A stretch of DNA of 63,647 nucleotides, counting the filler, from Collodictyon triciliatum (Eukaryota): NCBI GenBank assembly GCA_043381765.1. It is 17 parts of 17 records of this genome, joined end to end, with 100 filler letters (N's around TTAATTAATTAA, not from the genome) between each part and the next. Parts side by side here need not be neighbours in the genome. Positions count along the whole stretch, not along the records: positions 41,801 to 45,492 come from JBHJMP010006986.1; positions 45,593 to 49,284 come from JBHJMP010006987.1; positions 49,385 to 53,076 come from JBHJMP010006988.1; positions 53,177 to 56,869 come from JBHJMP010006989.1; 13 more parts are not named here. The stretch is one strand, 5' to 3'. How positions within the stretch are numbered: position 1 is the stretch's first letter; each line of letters begins with the position of its first letter. Positions 42,078 to 54,296 of this stretch are shown here, one piece after another. The position numbers and the translations under genes were made by a program. The notes under the pieces were generated by a model. That model worked only from the letters and a program-made list of their open reading frames with translations, ran no database searches and was not told the origin of the DNA.

Positions 42078-45000
42078 CTTCTCTGACGATGAGTCTCTGC
42101 GTGGATGCAGGGTGTCCATCCATTTCGAACGTGGTGATACTTTTGTTGCGATTGATTTCAAACGAGTGCGTGCAGCGTGCAGTTTCCATGCTTTGGATGA
42201 ATCGTTTGCAATTATCCACAGAGTCGCTGATGTACAGGGAATCGTCGATATATCGAATCAGGATACTTGTTCCCTTTTTGAACCATATTTTACATTTTAT
42301 TTTATTTGCATTATGCCTGTGAGGTGAAAAAATGAAAAATGAAAAATGAAAAATGAAAAATGAAAAATGAAAAATGAAAAATGAAAAATGAAAAATGAAA
42401 AATGAAAAAGTGAAAAAATGAAAAAGAAAATGAAACATGAAAATAAAAATCGGATTTTAAAAAAATAATGATAGTTCAACTTAACCGGTTTTTTCTTGTT
42501 ATTATCATGACTGTCAACGTAGACTATGTTTGAAATAAAAACGAGAGGACAAATAAATAACACACACTTACGGTTTTGATTTCATCAGGGATGCTTGATA
42601 TCTCGTGGTCAGCAAGAAAGAAAGAGCATAGAAGAGATGACAAGACGCTTCCTTGTGGAATTCCTGCCTTTTGCCGGAAGTAGTTTGAACGGAACTAAGT
42701 TTCATAGAAAAATTGGTTAGTTTGTGGCAGGATTTAATAGGTTTATACAGATTAAAAAAAACGGCTATTAACTGAGAAGGTATTTTATTAAAAGAATATC
42801 GATCACCTTGAAAAAAATGGATAACTGAGGGTTAAAATAATATGAAAAATGAGATAAAAATCCGCATCGAATGATGCTTCTGGTCAGTTCCATATACCTT
42901 TATGATATTGCGACAAATGTGATTAACCAGCCGCTTTTTCAAAGAGGGCCTGTCGGCTATGGAATATGTTACCTTGCGGCCATTTACATATTTTAAATTC
43001 GCTCTAACACAGCGATAAGGACAATATGCAAGAAAAAACATTTTTATGGCGATATGAAGACCACAGCAGCTTGGTAATTGTGGTTGTTTACAAAAGGACC
43101 GGCATAGTTTTTTTTAAATTGAAAGAAAAATTGATTGCTTTCCTTTAGTTAAAGTATACATTGTCAATAAATATCTTTCCTGGCGCTGTTTTCCCGGCTG
43201 TTTCATTGGCAATCTCTTGAAAGTCAGGATATTGTTCCAGAGGGCTTACTCGTTTCCGAGTTTTCAAACATGTTCGGCCTTGAATGACACCAAGCTCCTT
43301 AACTTTTTGAATTATATAATACTCCTGTTCAACCATAGTGTACATAATAAGAATACATCGAATGACGATTTAGTAACAATTCAGATTTGCTAATTCGATG
43401 TAAATGCCTTTGTGGCTGATTGGTGGGTTGACTAATTTCTAAGCATTCAATATATTGAAACGCGACATATAAATCACATTATTCCTAGAAACTCATTCCA
43501 TATGATAAAATTTATTGTTTCTATTTCCTATTTACTGGATATATGAAATGTATCCATACTGCAGAAAAAATCTTTTCGACAACTTGGACCAATCTTTCAT
43601 GCGGGATAGAATCATATGCCCCTTTGATATCTAACGAGACGAAGTGCATAGCTTTTCCAGTCTAGCGTCAAGCGAAAAGGAGAAATAGTGGATACCATGC
43701 GGATAAACGTAAAACCAGCAAAGAAATGGAAATAAAGAAAAAGACGATGACTATTTTCATGAAAAATATCCATTTCTTAGATTATCAATATTGATAAAAT
43801 ACTGCAGCCAACCTGAAAATTATTTGACAGAAAAGCTGATAGCTTTGTATAGACTTCATCCATTCCCACAACAGAGGAGCCAAAAAGCATTGATGACTGA
43901 GACTTTCATTTAAAGTTACTCTTTAATTTTTAAGCAAAAATCGGTGACATTCTCATATTTTCAGATAAATATACATGTTGAAAAAAAGAAACCCTTTCAT
44001 ATCCTACAACGTTAAACACATCGTATATCGATTGATTAGCAGAGTAGCCCTGGACACCCCGCAAATTCACTATTGGTCTAAGTCAAGTAAAAATCAAAAC
44101 TCTATTGAGTCCTCTTTGTATAATTCTTTTTTTATTTTATAAATAATGCATGAAAAAATAATTGTAAGTTTGGTAGATGATAAGCAAAATTCCACCTCAC
44201 ATTTGACGCTTTTGGCAGCAGCCTCAAATTCGTTTTTAAAGGTATAACAGCTCCTAACCTTTCATATTCTCCCAAGTCTTTCTGTTCATGACAAGAAAAA
44301 AATTCCAGGGAATTTTTGTTTTACCTTGTTTTACCTTGGTTCACATATACTAGTTGTGTATAAGTATGAACCTTACCTTCGATACTTTTTGAAACAGCCG
44401 CGGCCCAATTACTTGAAAAATTATCTTGTCAATTTTTTGCCAAACGTCGAATCTAATGGTAGATTTGATAGGTATATTTGGATTGGAAAAAAAAGAGGAA
44501 GGAGTTCCTTTTCACAAATCCATACACACAAACCCTAAAAAATAAAATAAAAAAGCAAGCAAAATAAAGTGTAAAAATTTCAGGCTAATTGAAACCAGAA
44601 TGTAATATGAGTTGGAGCGAACCTGTAGTAGTGTAGTTTATTCTTTGAGGTGGCACTCTCCGTACAATAAAAGTATGTTGAAACGAGTTGTATGACAAAT
44701 TGGTCGTATACGTAAAAAAGAAACTGCTCTAAAAGCTTGACCTGGAATTGGTGGTCGCTGCAAATATGGGTATGCCACATATCCGAATGAGAAGAAAGAA
44801 AGTCTTCACTTTTCATCATTTCCCACCATCAATGTAGATTAGCATCGATACACCAGTCTTAAATATATATACAATTTTTACGACATACGAAGCAGATACG
44901 CGGGATTTGACTTTTGGGTTTATTAACCAAGGTATTTCTGTAACCTGGAGGAACATAACTAATTTGTTCAGAAGTTCATATTCGTTTACTTTTCTATCAA

Positions 45001-45281
45001 TATTTACCTTCATTCCATTCATGAAAAGCTTGCTGGATATTTTCTCTCCTTTTCTCAAACTGATTATATTAATAACATCTTTCCAAATTAAAAAGAAGTT
45101 TTTTTAAAAAATGCATAAGCAGGTAATTAAGCAATTAAGATATAGAAAGATTGATATTAAAATCATCAATAAAAGATTGGTAAATTTCCTTACTCTTCTT
45201 CACAATGCTCCAGTTGTGTTCTGATCCGAAAGCAAACTTTGGAAGTACGCTTTTCAGGCATACAAAAATGAATCGTCCAAC
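42078..45281 (-). CDS. TERT: Telomerase reverse transcriptase; internal multi-exon fragment
   Basis: LKSVLPKFAFGSEHN (QFP region), T motif YFYCTESATSKNKLHYYR, motif A FVSLDIKGAYDSIPH, motif B' YFRQKAGIPQGSVLSSLLC, motif C LIRYIDDSLYIS and motif D EINRNKS. Confidence 0.93.
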
Positions 45282-45592
45282 CTGGCACAATCCCATAAAA
45301 TCATCGCATCAATTTAAAAGAAAGCCTAACATATATTTTGGGTTTATATATAAATCAAAACAAAAATCTAAAAAATCAAAAACACAAAAACACAAAACAA
45401 CATAAAAAAACAACATAAAAAAACAACATAAAAAAACAACATAAAAAAACAACATAAAAAAACAACATAAAAAAACAACATAAAAAAACAACNNNNNNNN
45501 NNNNNNNNNNNNNNNNNNNNNNNNNNNNNNNNNNNNTTAATTAATTAANNNNNNNNNNNNNNNNNNNNNNNNNNNNNNNNNNNNNNNNNNNN

Positions 45593-45688
<96 letters not shown>

Positions 45689-45695
45689 AATAAAG

Positions 45696-47729
45696 ATATG
45701 CGTGAGAAATTATCAGAGGGGAAAAGCGGAGGTTTCCTTTATTTTACTGAGGATGGACAATACGTAGTGAAAACTATAGTAATTTAAATTCAATTTTTCC
45801 TTCTCTTGTTATATGTCATTTGGTTTATTTTTGCCTTTCGTAATTAATCTTCATTTTGGATTTTACTTATCACAAATTTGATGTGCATCGCATAGACTCA
45901 AGAGGAAAAAAACTCGTTGATTAAGATGCTCCCATACTACTATGACCACATTATAAAGAATAAGCACTCTCGTTTGGTGAAAGTATATCATCATAATCCA
46001 ACTTTCTTTTTGATAATTCTATCATATTTTCAAAATCACACACACTTACCACAGGCTATTTCTCAATTGATCGATTTATTAATATTTAGTATTTTGGTGT
46101 GCATGCCATGTCCATGTACGGTCCGACAACCTATCTAGTTGTTATGAACAACGTCTTGGTATACCATATTGCCTGAAGAATTTATACATGTCACATAGTA
46201 CACTTTTATGTGTTTACTTATTCAAATCAAATCAATTCACAGCCCAGCGCGAGGGTTCGAAAGTACGATCTTAAGGGATCAATCGCTGGAAGGAGTTTAA
46301 GCGTTGATAGGTAATATGCACGCCCCTTTTTGAATGCTACTTGTCTCTAGAGTCCCACAATTACAAAGAATCGTATTATTAACTCTAGTATGGGGTTGTT
46401 GCATACTTCTATAGTGATCTAGGGATAGTTTCGAGGAGGATTTGGTCTTCTGGAAAGGACCGAATGAAAAGTGAGAATATATAGCCCTCTTTTTTTTATA
46501 ATCGTATTTTCAATTTAATGATGCTTGAGTCTATAATATACCACAAGAAATGTTTGGTTCTCTGGGTATCAAATCATCTCACTGTATATATTTTTGTTCC
46601 AGAGTCGCAGAACACAAAAAAAGATGCAGAGTTTCTGGACAGCAAAGAGAAAATCGTTCTCGCACACGGCGAAGCAAACCAATTTATTGAATCCGTAAAC
46701 TTTTTTTTCTCTCAATTTAAGCAAATCAATATTGAGACGAAGGAAAGCTTTTTTTTTTCTGTCCCTCTCACTATTTAATGCTCTTTTTTTTAATTTTTTT
46801 TCATTCTCTCAATATGTTCAAACAAAGAAATAATACAATTCAGCTTAACTACGTATAAGGATTTGTTTTCGATTTTTACCGGAACCTATGAGTTGAACCT
46901 GATAAAAAGATTATAGCTACAAACAGATGTAAAATTTCTGAAGGAGCGCGGTGTGATGGATTACAGCCTTCTTGTTGGGATTGTAGATTATGGACTGGAA
47001 TATAGGTTAGTTGTGTTTTGTAATATTTTACTTTTGTGGTACTGTCACATTCTTACTGAGTGCAACTAATCATCTCGGAAAATAAATCAAAAGTGTTTCC
47101 AAGACCGCGGGCCGTGTTGCGAGCTCTAGTGCAGTTGAAAGAGTGAGCGTATCTTCTGCGGCGAGCATAGATGTTGGAACGAGAGGTTTTCTTTTTCTTT
47201 TTCTTTTTCTTTTTCTTTTTCTTTTTCTTTTTCTTTTTTTCTTTTACTTTTCTTTTTCTTTTTCTTTTTCTTTTTCTTTTTCTTTTTCTTTTTCTTTTCT
47301 TTTTCTTTTTCTTTTTCTTTTTCTTTCTGTTTCTTTAACTCTTCCTTAATCCACGATAATCTATGACGTCCATGTCTTTAATCTCAATGTTGTTGAATCA
47401 ATTCCCTTTAAAGAATATGAGTGAATCATTCGTATCATCAGACAATCCCCGAGTTCCTGCGGGCATCATTGATATTCTTCAGGAGTATAACTACCGGAAA
47501 AAACTCGAGCATTTCCTCAAAACAAGGTTTTTTTTTATTTGGTTTATAGTACAACAATATATGCAATCAAACATTTGAGGGGTGTATTTATCTATAACTG
47601 ACCAGAACGCTATGTTAAAGGATTTTAAGATGGGATGCATCTGCCATATCATGCGTAGACCCGGATGCATATAGCGTTCGGTTCCTTACGTTTATTAAGG
47701 CTCACACTCAAACCATACCAACGCAGTGA
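45696..47729 (+). CDS. Phosphatidylinositol phosphate kinase (PIP5K family); multi-exon, 5' partial
   Basis: SEGKSGGFLYFTEDGQYVVKTI, VVMNNV, KYDLKGS, DVKFLKERGVMDYSLLVG, GIIDILQEY..KKLEH and AISCVDPDAYSVRF. Confidence 0.92.
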
Positions 47730-49384
47730 TTTGTTTGAATTATCACGTTTCCCATAGAACTTGAAGGAAACCAATGGAAAGGAAGGGAAAGGAAAAAAAA
47801 AAAAACAAGGAAAATGGGAGAGATACCCAAATTGTTGAGTTCAGAAACTCGCGTCATAGATTTGCAAAACATTAATAAATGAAAAATAAAGAAACATACT
47901 CAAACATAATGTGCGTGATCCTCTTCTTTTTTTTTTTTCTCCTGAACTGTTAATGGTAATCAAGATAATCCTTTTCATATCATAATCTGATAAGGGAATA
48001 TATTTGAAACCACTCGGGGGATTGCAAGATGTTTTGAACGATTGTAGCTCAAGGAAGACCGCCCCTTTTTTCATTACGTGAGTCTAGAAATGAAGAAAGT
48101 GAATGAAGATAGAAGCGAAGTATTCGAGGCCACCAGCGGACGCTATCAGGTTATATGCCATATTCTCCCCTATAAATGATTAATTGACACGGATACGATG
48201 ATGTTACTTCAAACTATAGCCCTTTCTCTGGCAAAGCAAATAATTATGCACAATATATCTGCTTAAACAAAGAGAACGCGAAGCCCAGTATCATACGCGT
48301 AAAGCAGAGACCAGTTGCTGGATTCAGAACCTAGTCGTTACAATCAAATCCAGCAGTAGCCGAGATTGCACACCCAGCGTAAGTCTGTCTGGTATTGCAA
48401 AATCTTGTGAGGCAATGCCTTAGCTGTCGCATTTTGCCAACCAGTAGTCCAAGCGAGCGCAAAGACAGAACAAAGTGGGAGTCGATGCAAGACTAAAGCA
48501 CCAACAACGAAAATGCCACCTTCCAACAACATCGAAAGATTTTGCAGGCCTCACCCTTTGGCCAGGGATTCCATTTGCATGAAGGGCACCTAGTTGGCGG
48601 TACTATTATTCAAACAGGGCGAGTTTGGTTGAGTTTCGGTGATGTAATTCACACATCACAAGAATTAACCAACCCGGACGCGCGCCTGGATTCAGCGCGA
48701 CAACAGCAAAGCGGAAAGGCGCCTTGGTGGAAAGGAAGGGGAGAATGTCTATTGTGGAAATGATAGCAGTAACTTAATTCCAATTTCAAATCACCAAGAG
48801 AATGAATAAAATATAGTGAATATGACAGTCCAGTAGATCAGTGTTATTAATATGGTGATCTTACGGCATATCTTAGTAGGGAAGGTCCAATAAGCAAATG
48901 CGGACAGAATCTATAGAAATGCAATTATGGAACAGAACACTAACTAACTGTGGAATTCTGTTTTAGGCCCTCATTGTGGCGAGCAACAGGCTGTCCCAAT
49001 CCCCTTCTTGGCTTATCTTTTCATTACGTAATAAATGCCCGAAGTCGGGGCACTGTGGCCCGCTCGCGCAACAACATAGGCCCGATCAGATGGACAATAG
49101 ACACAAAAGCGAAATTGGTCCCGATCACGACACACGGCACACAGACACACAGACACACAAGACACAAGACACAAGACACAAGACACAAGACACAAGACAC
49201 AAGACACAAGACACAAGACACAAGACACAAGACACAAGACACAAGACACAAGACACAAGACACAACACACAAGACACAAGACACNNNNNNNNNNNNNNNN
49301 NNNNNNNNNNNNNNNNNNNNNNNNNNNNTTAATTAATTAANNNNNNNNNNNNNNNNNNNNNNNNNNNNNNNNNNNNNNNNNNNN

Positions 49385-50733
49385 AATTGGACACGAATGT
49401 CCCCATGCTTTTCAATTAAATACCCTTGGAAAGTATTGTAAGTGTTGGGATATTTAATTGGGTCTAACTCTCGTGGCAAGTCAGGGCGCATAATTATATC
49501 TTTGACGTATCTTTTCTTTTCATCAGCAAACCAGTTTATTAAGAAACTTTTTCCATCAGGAACACGTAAGTGCGAATATCTCATATTAGCATCCTGGTGG
49601 TTCCATTGATGAAGAGTAAAATCGTCTTTAATCATCATACATCGACCCATGAATTCAAAATGAGTCTTTTCAAATGACTCTTTTGTTATATTATACCATT
49701 GTTCCCAAACCCTGTCCCTATAAGCAATATACACCATAGTAAACAAGAATTTAAAATCTTTTTCCGACAATACTTGTTTGAGCATTGTAAGTAGCGTTCT
49801 AAATGTAACTGGGTGTTTAGACTTTGGGGCCTTTTGTAACTGGCTTAATTTTTCAAGTCGTTCTTTGGTACTTGACTCTTGAGAATCTGGCAACTGGGCA
49901 CAAACTTTTAACCAGGTCTCTTGCAAATTATCAACATTTGCATTGACTAAAATAAACCCATACTTGACCCAACTATCGTAATCTTGTGGAAGTTTTTTAA
50001 AATATTCTTGTTGCAACATTTTATCAAAAAGCTCCTCAGTAAAAATTCTTTCTTGTAAAGAAGTAGTAGTGGTTTTTACTTTGTCTGCAATCATAGGACA
50101 AATAGTAGACTCAACATTTTCAGGTAACGTTTGTTCAATGGTGCGTTTCTTTGACTTTACCAAATGTGAAATGCTGGAAAAATCAAAGTCAGATATTTTG
50201 TTTTTAAACATTTTATCTTCACGCTCCCAGATGTTCTTTGTATACTTTATGATATCAACATCTGGCATTCCTTCACCAAACACCTTGGTACCTTCCATTG
50301 ACTTTTGAAAATCTTTAATTTTTACATAGATATGAAAGCCCTTGTTGTTACCTCGTGTCCAGCACATCGAATTGTTGATTGTTGGGACATTTAAAATTTG
50401 CCCAAGTTGATTAGGGTCATTTATCTCTTCAGAATCACAATCAATACAAACAAGGTCGGGAACATACTTTAGATAAAGTGACGCAACTCTAAAACACTTA
50501 TCTTTCTTTTCCTCTCGATTTACTCTTCGTTTAAGATATGTACACCAAGTCGTATACATAGTTTTACTCTTTTCTTTATACGCTTCTAACTCATTTAATG
50601 GGCAGTCGTTCTTCTCAATGATAGTATGCTTTTTACCATTTTCTAAATAGTAATGAGCATAGGCATATGGGATTTGATTTGATACTATGAATTCAATAGT
50701 TTGCATTTTTTCTTCCATTATCTGATCGTTCAT
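49385..50733 (-). CDS. Viral AEP primase(-polymerase) with PriCT-2 and the start of a D5/SF3 helicase region; 3' partial
   Basis: AEP motifs LVCIDCD, GNNKGFHIYV and VDII; PriCT-2-like YDSWVKYGFILVN; then FEKTHF..FLINWFADEKKRY..RP..TYNTFQGY, typical of the region preceding D5-like helicases. Confidence 0.75.
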
Positions 50734-50933
50734 ACTCTACCTTAGAAATTTGTTTTTAACTTAGCAATTATACTATATTATCTATTATATTATATATATT
50801 ATCTTATTAGATAGGTTAAAAATGTAAATTGCTATGGAAAGAGGAAGATTTTTAATACAGTGTATTGAAGTTATAATTCCTATAGGAACCTAGTTTTGGG
50901 TAGCAAGCGACCCGGGACCCAGCGAAAATCAAT

Positions 50934-51137
50934 TCAATCAAATGTTAGAGTCAACTTGTTGGTACCATTCTCAACTAGCATTCTAAACAGATACTTTAAC
51001 TTTTTTCTTTTTGCGTATTTCTCGAGGTAATAAATATGGTTGAGCATGTCGTCGTAGTCTGAAAAGTGTTCCTTGGAAAAAAACAACTGCTCTCCTACAG
51101 TGTTATCATTCAAAGTGTAAATGAGCAGAGTGTACAT
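50934..51137 (-). CDS. Small conserved viral protein (67 aa, C-terminus KLTLTFD)
   Basis: Resembles 58801-58965 in element B; ATG at 51137 is preceded by TTTTCT-N10. Confidence 0.6.
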   Translation of the reverse strand: MYTLLIYTLNDNTVGEQLFFSKEHFSDYDDMLNHIYYLEKYAKRKKLKYLFRMLVENGTNKLTLTFD

Positions 51138-51158
51138 AAATTTTCTGAGAAAATATAT
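51138..51158. promoter_or_regulatory. Putative bidirectional viral promoter ATTTTCT-G-AGAAAAT between divergent ATGs
   Basis: Quasi-palindrome supplying TTTTCT to both the small ORF (10 nt spacer) and the ATPase (12 nt spacer). Confidence 0.55.
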
Positions 51159-51881
51159 ATGCAAAGCAAACGAGTGTCCAACATTAAAATAAAACCACTG
51201 ACTCAGCCTCCTAAGGGTAAAAATTTTGGGATTCCGTTTCCATTGCCGGATATTTCCACGCGAAACTTTATAATGGGAGTGCTCGGACCCACAGGCTCAA
51301 GTAAAACCACATTGTACGCAAATTTAATTCGCAAGCACTACTTTGAAGTTTTCAATAAAATATATTTCTGTTCACCCAATGTCACGGATGAAGGGAAAGT
51401 GTATGATCGGTCGCTGGATTCAATAGAGTTTGCCGAGGAACGAGTTTTTCCAACAATTAATAACGAGGTTGCAAATTATATCAAAGAAGATTGCGAGAAC
51501 GACGAGGACTTTAAAAAAGAAGATTTTCGTGCGTTGCTTATAATAGATGATTTGGCAAATGAGCTCAAAGCGGTTAAGCATACTGAACTAACGAAATTAA
51601 TTCTAAAGTCCAGGCACTTGCATTTGTCAATCATTATGATATCGCACAAGTTTACATATTTCCAACGAATCCATCGCACCAACTTTACGCATTTTATCAT
51701 GTACCGGTCAAAGTCGAAAGCCGAGATAAAAACAATATATGACGATATCATTGACCTGTCTGAGGAGAAGTTCCAGGAGCTTTATGAATATGCAACCGCA
51801 GAAAAATACAATTTTCTTTATGTGATTTGCAATTCCAACCCCCAACAATACTTTAAAAATTTTGAAGAGGAGTTAACTTAG
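51159..51881 (+). CDS. A32-like (FtsK/HerA) DNA packaging ATPase
   Basis: FIMGVLGPTGSSKTT (Walker A variant), FNKIYFCSP, LLIIDD (Walker B), SRH arginine finger, RTN and C-terminal YNFLYV..YFKNF. Confidence 0.9.
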   Translation: MQSKRVSNIKIKPLTQPPKGKNFGIPFPLPDISTRNFIMGVLGPTGSSKTTLYANLIRKHYFEVFNKIYFCSPNVTDEGKVYDRSLDSIEFAEERVFPTINNEVANYIKEDCENDEDFKKEDFRALLIIDDLANELKAVKHTELTKLILKSRHLHLSIIMISHKFTYFQRIHRTNFTHFIMYRSKSKAEIKTIYDDIIDLSEEKFQELYEYATAEKYNFLYVICNSNPQQYFKNFEEELT

Positions 51882-51901
51882 AATTTTTTATTTGTAATGA
51901 T

Positions 51902-52312
51902 ATGGTATTCACACGTAGAAGCTTGAAGAAATTTTTCAAAGGTGCAGTTAAAGTCGTACGGAAGGGAATGAATGTCGGAGAAAAAGTTGTTAATGCCGTC
52001 GATAAAGCCACCGGGGGCGGGCTGCGGGACCTCGCTCGGACGGCAACGGGCGGACTGTCAGAACAGGCGCTGAAGGTGTACAATGCAAACAAAGGGCACG
52101 TGAAAAAGGGACTCGACTTGGCTGAAGGCAAAAAGGGTGCTACTGTTGCAGGTCTAGTCGAAGGCACTAAATTCCAAAAGCCATTTGAAAAAGGTGCTGA
52201 ACAATTGAGAAAATACGACCCTGTAATTCGAAAAGCTGGTCAACAAAACGAATCCCTGGGAAAAGTAATTAATACGCACGGGGACAACATTCGAAATAAA
52301 ATAGGTTACTAA
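51902..52312 (+). CDS. Basic Gly/Lys-rich viral protein with N-terminal amphipathic helix; candidate core or membrane-lytic protein
   Basis: SLKKFFKGAVKVVRKG and ATGGG; lies between the ATPase and the major capsid gene. Confidence 0.65.
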   Translation: MVFTRRSLKKFFKGAVKVVRKGMNVGEKVVNAVDKATGGGLRDLARTATGGLSEQALKVYNANKGHVKKGLDLAEGKKGATVAGLVEGTKFQKPFEKGAEQLRKYDPVIRKAGQQNESLGKVINTHGDNIRNKIGY

Positions 52313-52338
52313 GCGAAAATTATTTTCTTTTTAAAAAT

Positions 52339-53076
52339 ATGGATTCACTACCCGAAGAACTGCAATTTAGAAATATCTCATCCAAGAAAAAAACAATCCT
52401 TGAAAAGCAACAGCGCCAGGTCCTGCCCAGCAATGGAACTGAGCAGACTGCCAATTTTTCGTCAGGGCCGCAGATCGTGTTTAGAGTGCCTATAGACAAC
52501 GAGTGGAGTATTCAAATGGACTCAGCTCATATCATAGCGGATTTGACTGTTAAGGGGTTGTCTAATGAAGACTCATATAATAATCTTAAAAGAACACAAA
52601 TAGATATAGATGCGGGTGTTAAACTTCCAATTCTTGCTCCCTGTGAGAGTTATGAAAGTTTTATTTATCGTATTGCCGTTTATCTCAATGGTAGTGAGCT
52701 TGAGCGTATAGATAATTACAGTTACCTTGAGACTTTTAAACATAACTGGTGTAATAATCAGAATTGGGTCAATCTTATGTCAGGTGGAATGGGATTGGGT
52801 CAATCTATTTTAGAAAAATCCAAATTACTGTTAGGTGGACTGGCTACTGATGCAACCAGTTCAAATACTATTCAAATAGGATTTCCACTTCGTTACTTGG
52901 GGTTGATGAATATAAAGACACTTTTGCCGGCTTACTTACTGGGTCCCAATTCTCTTGAAATTCGTATTTGGTTGGCACCAGCCTCTGAATGTTTTACATA
53001 TGGTTCTATAACCAATACTGCAAATAATAATTATCGATACATAAATTGGACACCTAACACAGCCAACGCTATTAGC
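52339..53076 (+). CDS. PLV-type double jelly-roll major capsid protein; 3' partial
   Basis: LPEELQF..RQVLPSNG..F.SGPQIVFRVP, ESFIYRIAVYLNGSELERIDNYSYL and FPL..LGLMN..TLLPAYLL..LEIRIWLAP follow the pattern of the first jelly roll of PLV capsids; adjacent to an A32 ATPase. Confidence 0.82.
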
Positions 53077-54296
53077 NNNNNNNNNNNNNNNNNNNNNNNN
53101 NNNNNNNNNNNNNNNNNNNNTTAATTAATTAANNNNNNNNNNNNNNNNNNNNNNNNNNNNNNNNNNNNNNNNNNNNACATACATACATACATACATACAT
53201 ACATACATACATACATACATACATACATACATACATACATACATACATACATACATACATACATACATACATACATACATACATACATACATAAAAAACA
53301 GAGAAAATAAGAATAAAAAAGCAAAAATAGATAATGAAAAATGAAAACAAAGAAAATAAGCAAAATCAAAACAACCATGGGACAAAATCAACTCTAGCAC
53401 CTTAATAGCTGTATATTTATTACACTGCAGGAATCTTAAGCTGATTTCACATCCCACCATATCGCCAGATCGAGTAAGCCGCCGAAAACCTGTTGAAATG
53501 GGTATTTGAGCTGCATCTTCCATTTTATGATACATTCATCATTTACCATATTGTCGCTATTCAATTGGTGCGCCGATGGTAAATCACTTCCCACTGCGCA
53601 GAATCGAAGCCATTACCAAAGCCGATATACGGACGTCGTATGGTTGATGAAAGCAAACAGTTTATGAGAAAGTCAAACGAGTCTCAATTCTCATTCGCAG
53701 AAATGTTTTCGTAATCCACCACACGATTGTCGATCTTTTCTAATATATCTACCCTCATGAGTAGCGAGAATGACATTGAAATGATTTTGAAGCATCTATT
53801 CGCTCCCTTTTTTTTTTCCATTATATGTTTCTCCGTTTACCCCTTTTTCTTTCCCAGTGCCACCTAATTAGCTTGATTTTGATCCCAACGAATGATATGC
53901 CGTCTATCTGATTCAGAGGAAAGACCTTAATCAAGATATTGTGTGTCTATGGGAGAGTAAATTGATCAAAGGAGGCTTTACTAAAGCCAAAGTGCATCAG
54001 GAAAATGATTAAACCAAAGAAAAACAACATCTTTGGATTCTCTTACATGTTCCTCAGGTCGAAGATACTCAAACTAGAAATGAATAAAGAAAAATAGCTA
54101 TACCGAAGGAGGCCATTTCGAATTCACTCAACAGAGGGGTATATGTGAATGACTGAAACATAAAGAACCCAGACACCCGATGCACATCTTTTGATTTGGT
54201 TCATTTTTAATTTTAACTCGTCATCGCCAAGCAAGATAGGCCTCTGAGTGGCCAAGCATCTTTCGACAAAACTGTGATTGAAACAGGCCATCCGAC

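Larger units (their letters stand above)
49385..53076. mobile_element. Polinton-like virus / virophage-type element A; internal fragment filling the whole contig
   Basis: Intronless, tightly packed primase-helicase, small ORF, A32 ATPase, basic ORF and major capsid gene; both contig ends break mid-gene with no microsatellites. Confidence 0.88.

Noticed and set aside
42078-42700. RT motifs (QG, YIDD) as a retroelement or group II intron RT
   Set aside because: Spliceosomal introns and an upstream telomerase-specific T motif identify TERT.
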